A DNA stretch of 53,683 nucleotides, filler included, from Sphacelaria rigidula (Eukaryota), in the NCBI GenBank assembly GCA_964200075.2. It is 4 parts of 4 records of this genome, joined end to end, with 100 filler letters (N's around TTAATTAATTAA, not from the genome) between each part and the next. Parts side by side here need not be neighbours in the genome. Positions count along the whole stretch, not along the records: positions 40,341 to 53,683 come from CAXNAA020002951.1; 3 more parts are not named here. One strand, written 5' to 3'. Positions 40,241 through 50,400 of the stretch are shown in pieces; the first letter of the stretch is position 1; each line of letters begins with the position of its first letter. The position numbers and the translations under genes are program-made. The notes beneath the pieces were generated by a model. That model had not been told where the DNA came from and made no database searches. It worked only from the letters and a program-made list of their open reading frames with translations.

Positions 40241-40340
40241 NNNNNNNNNNNNNNNNNNNNNNNNNNNNNNNNNNNNNNNNNNNNTTAATTAATTAANNNN
40301 NNNNNNNNNNNNNNNNNNNNNNNNNNNNNNNNNNNNNNNN
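40241..40340. other. Artificial contig linker
   Basis: 100 nt of N with a central TTAATTAATTAA. Confidence 0.98.
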
Positions 40341-40499
40341 AATTACCCACAGCCGGGCCCGGAAAAATTCAAAAACCCCTGTCAGCGGGCCCAGCTCGTA
40401 GCTTTTACACATCCCCCCCCCTCCCCCCCCCCCCTCTCCATGAGCTTCTTCGTACGTTCTTCGACGAGAAGAGACTCGTAGAAGTAATCTGTTTCGCTG

Positions 40500-40785
40500 G
40501 TTAGCGGTCAAGCTCTCCATGCGCCATTTTGTTCACATGCCTTCTGCGTGTGTTGGGTTGCCAAGTCTACCGTTTCCGTAGAAGACTTGTACATGAGTCT
40601 GTGAACTCTGCTAGGTAGTTGCCTACCGGTTGTTTGGTCCCCCACCAATTCCATCATTTGGTGGGCTTTACTCTGGAGGAGTTTCTTTTTCATCGCTTCG
40701 GTAGGAGCCGGGATTTGAACCCGGGGCCCTCTGTACATGAAGCGTAAAAAGTTATCTAATGATGTCACTAGTGTGGAGAAGTGAT
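40500..40785 (-). mobile_element. SINE family C, copy 2
   Basis: Minus strand reads ACAGAGGGCCCCGGGTTCAAATCCCGG (B box), GCAGAGTTCACAGACTCA and CTTGGCAACCCAACACACG. Confidence 0.65.
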
Positions 40786-41107
40786 GGCCCCAACAGACGC
40801 TTGTGGAGAGTCGGGGGCAGCCTTTTGATAGTCTGTTTCCTCGACGTCTCTCTCGTACTGGTTTATTTGATATATATATATTCGGAGTCTCACAAGAAGT
40901 CGCTCAAGAAGCGCTTCTAGTTCATGTAAGAAGGATGGTATTGCCGGTACTGGAAAGGCGAGCCTACGTCTGTGACCACGGGTCCGAGAGATCGGGCTTA
41001 CGTCCGAAAATGATAGATCAATGGTTATGGATGTGATAGGAAAAAGATCCACACATTCTGTTTTCATATTTTTTTACCACTAAATGTCATGAGTAACCAA
41101 GATCGGT

Positions 41108-41459
41108 GGCCCCTATGGCTCAGTTGGCGACCTCAAAACCTTTTGACGGTTGGGCCGTGGATTCGAATCTCAGTGAACTCACATGATCTGGGTTTCTCCT
41201 CAGACTATGCCCAACAGAGGAGAGCGACTTAATCGTGGGTGCATACAATTCGCCTTTGCGTTCGATGAGGGACAGGGAGCTCTGAAGCCCTCTGGCGATA
41301 AAAAGAGAAGGCAAGCACAGCAGAAGAACGGCGGGGTACTAAAACAAAGTATAAAAATCGCCTGTGTTGGCCTCCCTCCTGTGTGACGCCGGCTGATGCG
41401 CCCACATACATTGGAAGGTGTAGATTGGCATGCCTACTAGGTGGGATGACAACACACAA
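41108..41459 (+). mobile_element. SINE family B, copy 2
   Basis: GGCCCCTATGGCTCAGTTGG...GGATTCGAATCTC head; body colinear with the reverse complement of 4100-4440; ACACAC tail. Confidence 0.8.
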
Positions 41460-41486
41460 CGATTGCCCGCCTCTTGCACATGGCAG

Positions 41487-44400
41487 GTGGAAGTGGCGAC
41501 ATTCGTACGACACCCAGACACTGGAGAAATGCTTCCAGCGGAGGCTAGTGGGAGGATTCGCCCCGGGGATGAACTGGTGGATATAAACGGGAACAATGTC
41601 GAGGGCATGAATGGCGACGAGGCGACTGCTCTTATCCGCAAGGTCGAGGATAGTAAAGTTGTGTCGCTACGTTCAACGATGCTTCCTATAGTACCCTTCC
41701 TTCGTTTTTTTTCTTATCGCACTGGCATTTTGTTTCAACTGAAGTTCTGTATTTTTTGTCACATTTCTCTCTCTTCGTGACAGAACTGCTGTCTCGACCC
41801 TGGAGTCAAGTGTCGTCGGCACAAGAGAGCCGTCTTTTTTCGCGTCTGTAGACGCGTCGCCTTTTTGCTTCAGGACTACAGTGTTGCCAGATATTTTTTT
41901 GAAAAGAAGAAAAACTCTGCTGGGTACACTTGCTGTGAGTTATTTTCGCTTTCACGAAGGTATTGCTAAGGCATCGTAGTGTAGATCGTGGCGGCGCCGT
42001 CATGCCCTCAGAAACTACAGTCAGTGAGCAGCATATTCCCATTCGATTCGTTATCCCGTATGCATATGATAACCCAGGCAAGACGCCAGAGCATGGAAGG
42101 AGGTGCCGTCACCCTTGAACTCACGTTCCGTGAAGCTACCCCGGCTCCAGGCACCACCCCGGCCCGATCCGGGAGCGCAAGCCCCAAGCCCCGCACGGGT
42201 TGGTACCGCTCATCCCGGAGAGCGGGCCGATCCCCTTCCGCCTCACCGGCGGGGGAATGGGCCAGCACGGACGCGGACCAACAGTCGCTCCGCTGGCGCT
42301 CTATTGGTACCGCTGATATCCCGGCCTTCGAGACGTGCGTGCTTTTGCCGTGGAGGCTTGACAACGACACCGGAGGCAGCGGCGATGGAAGTGAATCATC
42401 CAAGACCGACTCAACGGATACAATGGACCATCCGGAGGCCCCATGGACAGAGTTTGGCGTATATCCTCCTGGGGACAGTAGAAAGAGACGACAGGCTCTG
42501 TTGGTGGGCTTCCGGGCGGCTGCGGCTTATGAGCCTGAGCGTTCAATGACTGGTGATGCCGCCGAGGCCGGGTGCGTGGTAGCGCTACTGCTAGAAGTCG
42601 GCGCGACTGGGGGAGTCACGGCGACTGAGCTATGTCGGACGCCTCTCGAGCAAGGCCAAGAGCCGGTTGCGTTCAATAAGGAGAAGAAGCCACCAGGCAC
42701 ACCTACGAGCGGACGCAGCGCCGTCGAAGCTGTCTGCTCAGACGGGTGGATCCGGCGGTGGTGCCTGATCAGCCTCATGTCGGCGTCGGGCAAGATAGGG
42801 AGTCGATATTCTGCAGCAGAAGATGTGGCTGACAAGAAACAGTCACGCTTTGCCGTTAAGATGGTTGATATCTGTCGACCATTTCATGGCGGCAACGGTA
42901 GCGTCAAAGGGGCGAAGACAGGCGCCGATTCTCCTGGGGTCGCACCGATGGCAGCAGAGGGAACGGCAGCGGCGGCAACGACTAGCACCGCATCGCCTAA
43001 TGTTGGTCTCATCGCGGTAGCCTCGCCGTCCTTGATCGCGATTGCGCGCAAGTATGATCCCAGCGATAACGGTAGAACCACCTCCACCAAGAGCTCCCAA
43101 CGTACATCGGTATGGCGAGGTCGGAAGACCATAGAGCCCTCGGAGGCAAGTGATGAGGCAACCGCGTCGCCTTTGCCGAACCAATCACCGCCGATCGTTG
43201 AAGTTTGGTCGTGCTCTACGGCGCTCTACCCCAGGGGCCGGTTCAGGAAAGAGGGTCCAGTTATGTTGCGAGGAATCCGTGACAGCCAGACCGTAGAGGG
43301 AATGTGCTGGGTGACGCCGGAGATTGGGGACGAGCGCGGTGCTTCTGTAAGTGGGCACTGTCTTTGTGTTTCCGTCGAGGGGACGGTTACCGTGCTCGCG
43401 AGAGAGAGGCGGAAGAGACCGTCGGTCGGTGCCGGGCTGTCCACGGCCGCTGAGTCAGGTGCCAATGGCAGCGCTGACGATGGGGATACGGCGGAGGGGA
43501 CATGGTCTCCTGTTTTCCGGGTGGCGAATCCATGTTCGCTTCTGACCTGTCACACGGCGGGTCTTCGAGATTTCTGTCAGGTTCGTGTTGGGAGCTTACG
43601 GCACACGTTTATTTTACAATGGAAGTGATTGCCAACAATGCCTCGCCGTTGCTGTTTTCCTGAATATATATTTTTTTATGAATCCTTGACCCCATCCTGC
43701 CCATGCCTCGCCTGCATCTCACACGATCTGCCAGGGACTCATGGCCAAGTACCAGCGCAACCTGGCGCTCTCGTTGGTGCGATCCCGCCGCCGTGACCTG
43801 TCTGAATCAATCGGAACGACCGATACATCTTCACCAGAAAACACTGATTCCGCAGAAACCCATGTACCTCCCCCACCCCTCCCCCTCTCACGGGTGGAGA
43901 TCGATAGTCTCCGGGGGGGCACTACGAGAGAAGGCAGGAGTCTGGAAGACTGGCACCCCGAGAACTTGGTGGCCATGTGGTGCACCAGCTTGCTTGCGCC
44001 GCAAGGCGGTAGAGATGAAAATACCGCAAGAACGGTGCAGTCACAGCGAGGGGCTGCATGGACCGCGGGGCGCGAGCGTATGTTATCCGTGCTTCGGTGG
44101 GTATCTGCGGAGGCAGCCGCCGAGGCTGGCGGCGGGGTAACGGCGGGAACGGTGGTGCCTGTGCTGGCGCACGGGCGAGATGGACAAGTATCCATCGCTG
44201 GAGCTGCGGATGATGGAGGGGGCGGCGATCTGGGCCAGCTGAGCGCGACTCTTGCCGCGTACGTGAAGCAAGGCCAGGAAACGAATAAAGAAGGAGAAAC
44301 GGGTGGACGGGAGAGCAGCGGCAGGCCGTGGGAATCCATGACGAAGATCGATAACGATGCGGATGCCGCTGTAACGGCGGTCGCGGCGGCGGGTGTGCCG

Positions 44401-47400
44401 CGGAGATTGCTGAGTCTATCCCCCTCGGAGCTTGTCGCTCTGGCGGCGCTACTCGACGAAGCCCTGGGCTTGAACGGATCGCGGGGTGCTGGCAACGTAA
44501 CGGGGAAATCATTGTCCTCTTCTGGCGACGCCGCAGACACGGCGGCCGCTTTGTTCTCCAAGCCCTCGTCTGAGGAAAAACCGGTGGTGGTCGCCGCGCC
44601 AGCACCTCCGGTAGCCAATGCGGGGTATGGCACGGTGACATCAATGGCGGATGACTGTGCAAATGTGTTCCTACTCGCGCGCGGATTATGCGCCCGCCTT
44701 GCCGGGGACGGCGGAGTCAGTGGCATCGGCGGGAACGACCCTCGTGGTAGTGGGGACTTGAATTCCTCAAAAACATTACCCGCAGACAGCATGGTAGCTT
44801 CCTCGTCTGTGCTGGGGATGCTGTTGGCGTCTACCACCACCCAGGCCGATGTGCTGGAGAAGCTGTGTCCCAAGGACAGTGGGGGTGGACTCGGCGGCGC
44901 TCTAGGCGGGGCGGGGGGAGACGTGGCCAGTGGGATCACCTGGAACGACGCCAGAGCGCTCATGGTTCCTCTGTGGTTGCGGGATGTGAAGGAGTTGCAG
45001 AGGGTGACGACGGCTCTAGCTGCGAACACATACCGTCAGGACAGGGATCTCATGGGGGTGAGTGACTCCCACGGCCGCTGGGAGTAGTTGGTTATTTTTG
45101 GAGTGCCATGTTTGGAAACTTGGGGCAGATGAGTTTGGCACATGGAAAATAAGAAATACGTGACACCCTTTTCACGCGTGGTGGTTCGTTTTCTCCACCT
45201 TTCTTGGTGTCGGTTGGATTGGTCATGTCTCAAATCAATTCCTAATTATCGTACTGTGTGCAACCCAGCAATACATAACGATGGTTTCAATGGCGCCAGA
45301 GGGTATGGGCTGCTGGGTGTAATGCTGTTCCTCACCGTCCGGTGAAGCTCGGTTTCCGTAAGGACAAGTTAAGTTTTCCCCATGCGGCTTCGGGAGATGT
45401 TTGAAGGAGAAAAACGGTTGGGCAGTCACCCACGATTTTCAGAACTATTACCACAGTCCACCATAACGTCTACCTGTTCAACGCACTCCGCCGAGATCAT
45501 ACTCTGTGTTGCTGGAGTTGATTGAGTTGCCAATGGGTGTGTATGCGTTGCTGGTGTTTTTCATCCAATATGTGGTAAGATGCTGTCGTCATGAAGAAAT
45601 GCACGAGACGTCACACAAATGGTACCAAACAATGATTTGTGTGGCAAGATGATTTACCCGACCGACACTTGAGGGATTTCCCCTTCGATGCAGTAGTATT
45701 CAGACCATTTCCCCTTTTGTGAGTCTCTTGGTACGTTCTCTGATGAGACTTGTAGAGGTAACTTTTTCGCCGTCCAGCGGTCAAGATATCGATGCACCAT
45801 TCCTCTACACATGTCTTCTACCTGTGTTGAGTTGCCAAGCCAACAGTCTCCGCAGTAAAACTTCCTGTGAGTCTGTGAGTTCTGCTTACTAAAGCCTCTC
45901 ACTGGTTCTCTGAGTCGCCGCCAATGTTTACGACTTCGTGTTTCTGCTGAAGGAGGCGGTCCTGTGCAGGTGTAGAAAATGAGGCGGGATTTGGCTTGTG
46001 GCCATTTCGCGTGCGTCCGCCATTGATTGATAGTTCGATGATTGTCGCGCATGAACTGATGACACTTTCTACGATAGTCCCCCCCCCCCCCCAAAAGTGC
46101 ATGGTTTTGGGAAGCGAAATCTTCACGTGAATCGAAATGGGAAAAGCCAAGGATAACGAGCAGCTATGCATTCCCACGCCTGGGTTCGTTCTAGCCAATG
46201 TCGCCAATATGAGGCGCTTCATGCAGCATGGACCCAAACGTCAGGCCCTGTATTGCCAGTTTTTTCGTGACACTTTTGGGCTGGTTTTTTGGGGGGGCTA
46301 TCGTAAAAAGTGTCTGATCCGCTACGAATCTAGATTATCTGGAGAAAAATATATGTTTTCGCGGAAGGAGGGATCCGGGACAGATGACGGGAAACGTGGC
46401 GGTGGTGTGTTGGCTGTATCACCAATTGTCTGCATGACGGAGCGCACGACGTGACGCTTGAAACTTTTTTTGTTGCAAAACGTTTCCCTGGGCAAGGAAT
46501 CCTTGTTTTTAATGATTTTTCATGATTTGGTGCTCGCTCATTGCTGATTATTGTGTCAGGCCGCCCTCTTCTACACAATTTTGGGCAACGACAAGAAATT
46601 GGTGGCTCTCGCAAAAGCGGACTCCGGCTTCCTGATGCAGAGAAATCTCAGTGGCGCGGAAGCCAGCATCAACACACGGAGTGGCAAAGGTCGGAGTTGC
46701 ATATTTGAATCAAATGTTTCATTTCGTCTTCTATTTTTACTTCAACTTTTCGTATCTTCGCTTCATGGAGTTTGCCATTTTTTCCCCTTGGGCTGTCCCG
46801 TTCATCCCTTTACTGATCTTCTGTTCTCGCACTTTTAGCCAGCCTAGCTTGCACGCGTATCCATAAAGTAGAGGATAATAATCGATTTTTCGAGCTTGTG
46901 CAACGTTGGAACATCTGCGCCATGGGCGTTCCCACGCGCAAAGCGCAGCCTCATTAGCCCGCACTCGATTCACCACCGGCAGGCGGCATGCAGGAGCATC
47001 TCATACCGGTTTTCGCGAACCTTTTGCGTGTACAGATCGCACAGAATAGAGAGTCGTATCACGGTAACGGTTGCATATTCGGGCCCAAATGTTCCTGATC
47101 GAAGACATCCTAAAATTAGGAGTTACAAGAAAATGTTTGTGTGTCGTCTTCCCATCTATTCTGGGCGCCGGCCTAGACCTTTCGGTATAGAAAATGGGTC
47201 AAGATATTCCCGTTTTCAAATTCGTCGACGATAGTCCTAGTTCATTGGAATGCTTCTCGTGGCCGCTTGTCCCACAGTTTTTCTGTTTTTTTTCGGACGT
47301 GAAAAAGGCTCGTAACAATTCAAACCTGAGAGTTTGGCCGTGTGCCCCTGACTTGGCACCGCTGTCGAACTCGGCGAGAAATTCGAAACCCGTCCCGTTT

Positions 47401-50400
47401 GTCCGTACGGCGAATGTTTCCACATGACTACCAGCGCAAGGTGCGACCCCTGGTCAACGCTTGGAAAAGCTGCTCGCTCACGACTTTAGCTCGCCCCGGG
47501 GGCGAACAGTAGCCGGTAAAAACGCCTTCATACTGCTCCGAAAACGAGATTACAGGGCCGCTGCTGCTGTGTTTTTGCTGGCGCGACCGGCCATGCTGAA
47601 GGAGGCTCTGCAGGTGCGGCTAGAAGAAAATTGTGACAGTGAGCAAAATTGTCGATATTTTTTTTGTGATGAGAAATATCGTCAAACCGCGGCCTGCCAA
47701 TTCAGTGTTTCTCAGTCGCAGGCGTTTAGCGAGTCTGTTGTCCTTTCGGCAGTTGGTGTGAGCGGAAAGAAGTATAGGCTAAGAATGATGATGCTTATAT
47801 ATAGATGCTATTAATAGGGTGTCGATCGATTGTTGCTCATAAACTCCCAGTCATGGTCATTATTCACATGACGGACGTATTCAAGGTAGAACCGAGGTAG
47901 AACAGAACGGAAACAATCGTTGAAAAAAGTGAAGAACAAACGGAAGAGAAACGCAGGACAAATTAACAGAGTAGACTTGGAGGAAAAGACACAAACGAAG
48001 CAAGGATAAGAAATAATGAACTAAATAAAAATGGCCGGTCTCTGCAGCATTGCTCCAGGTGGTGAAGGTCTTGCGCACCAAAGCACATGCTCTCATGGCC
48101 AGACGAAAACGAAAAGTCTGTGAGAATAGATTGTGGCTCAGCTATTTCGGCCGCACTATTTTGGGCATTAGCTCTGACCCGTGAACCCCACGGAAGGCTA
48201 TATCAAGGGTAAATGACCGTGAGTGTCCCTGTAGGGCCCACCACCGTTTCACGTTGGCGACATGGAGATATGACCTTGTGTACTAACTGGACAGAAGGTT
48301 CAGGGTTCGAGTCCTGGCCCCGATCACCGCGACGTGTACAACTCAAAAAATTCCGTCAAAGATGTACAGATCGCAGACAGGAGAGTTTAGGAAGCAGATT
48401 TTACATACCAAGCTCCCTAATGGCCGTCTTCGAAGATTGTTGGCTTGGGCACTCAACACAGGCAAGAGACGAGTAAAAATATACCGCAGAAAATATCCTT
48501 ACCGCTAGCTGGCGTAAAAAGTCACCTCTGCACACCTCTCTTCGCCGCACAGAAGTCGCACGGAGAGGCGCAGAAAGGGGAATCTGCACGCCCTCGCTTC
48601 AATTCGACTTGATGATTTTACTGTCTAATCACCCTGGAAAAAAATACTTGATATTTTCGCTGCTGAGGGGCCCGCTGCAAGATGTACTCGAAAAAAACAT
48701 GTCTTGAACGTCGTGTTGAGGCTGCTATACTTGTTTTTGCTCGTGTATCGTGCACCCTACTGCGCACGCTACTCCTAACGTATGCACATCTTGCTCTTCC
48801 TTTCGCCCTCGTCTGTCGTTGCCCACCTATTCTGGATGTGCACAGGTCCTCCTAGTCCACGTCAAGGATCTACAACTTGCTTTGTTAGTCACAAGACTGA
48901 TCGAAGTACGTGATGCGGCACCTGGAACATCGACGGCCGTGACCGGCTCCAGGTTCGGCGGTGGAGGATTACTGGGCCGGGGTGGTCTTGGTGGGGGTTT
49001 CGGCGCAGGGCGCGGATTCGGCGGCGGATTTGGTGGCGGTGGTTGGGGCGACGGCGATGAGGAGCCGGCGCCAGATGCAAACGCGGCGTACGCTTCCTTG
49101 GGTAGGGCTTCGAGGAAGTTGATCCGGGCAGAGTTGTTGCCAATGTTCGATGGGGAGAACTATGAGTCCAACAGCTTGCGCGGGTGAGGGTCGAGAAATA
49201 CCGCTTGACGCGAAAACTGCACGAGGGTGTTCGCGATGAAGGGGTTGAGCTCAAACAGGAGGGGGTTTCGTTGTCGCTTGCCGTGTTCATAGTTTGTCAG
49301 GCAACAGTCAACTCCTACGCTTGCGGTTCGAACCTGTTGACCTAATGGCCTTGGGTTTTTGCGGCAACACTCTGGAAAAACCGCAACTTATTTAGCTCCC
49401 ATAAGGTGGGGAACACCCTACAGATTAGACGTGAACATGTCATCCCCGCCGTAGTATATCACTGCTCTGCACAGATAATATTTGTCATAAAATGTCATAT
49501 AACTCGTGATGGCAGTTTTACCTCGCTCCTAGTGTTGACTACCTCGCAGAATATGCGCCCTGATGAAAGCCCCCCTTCCTTTATTGACTATTTCCCGCTT
49601 TATCAGACAAACTCCAGGCTCGCCACCGAATTCAACCACATCGATGAGCTCACTACAACCCGGACCCTATGCCCGGGATGCCTTTTTAGAAGCAGCATCC
49701 CTGTTCTGGCTCGGGCAATCAGAACGAGCTCTGCGGGCGATCTGCCGTGGTCAGCCTGCTGAGATGGAGACTTTCGATGGTGCTTCTTCTGCTACAACGG
49801 TCTCGCCTATTACACACACCTCGCCGAAAGTCAACGGGACCGGTAACCGCGCCCGGACGGCAGCGGCGGCGACCGCGATCTCGGCCGCGGCGGACGCGAG
49901 TGACGGCAACAGTGGCAGCGAAATGACCAGCCTCGGCATGTGCAACCGCGCGATCGACGTGGCCACGAGACCTCTCTTGGTGGCGAAGCTCCAGCGCGCA
50001 CGGAAACACTCTAGTGGGGGATCTGCCGCCTCCGGTGGATATGGGATATTGAGAGCGGGAGGTACACGAACGCCGTCGATGCAGGTTGCAGGAGATACGA
50101 CGATCGGCAAGGGCGAAGCTCGCCACCCGGGTGTCAGTAATGCGCAGCGAGCAGTAGCGGCGCGGCTGGCCACGGCCGAGTACTTCACCCGCAACGGGAT
50201 GGAAATCTCTGCGCTTGAGGTGCTCGGACGCGCCGAGGACGGCAAGTGGTCCGTCGAGCTCGCGAAAGAAATCGCCGACGAAAGTCGTCGGCAGCAGGAA
50301 GACGCGGCAGCAGCAGACAAGACGACTACCGCGAGCTCCCCGGGATTTTCGAGCGGCCCCGGCGCACTTGCCGGTTTCGGAATATCTGCAGCGCGGTCGG

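Noticed and set aside
43719-45029. 436-aa minus-strand ORF and similar long antisense ORFs (49719-50579, 14944-15453)
   Set aside because: These are shadows of GC-rich plus-strand exons.
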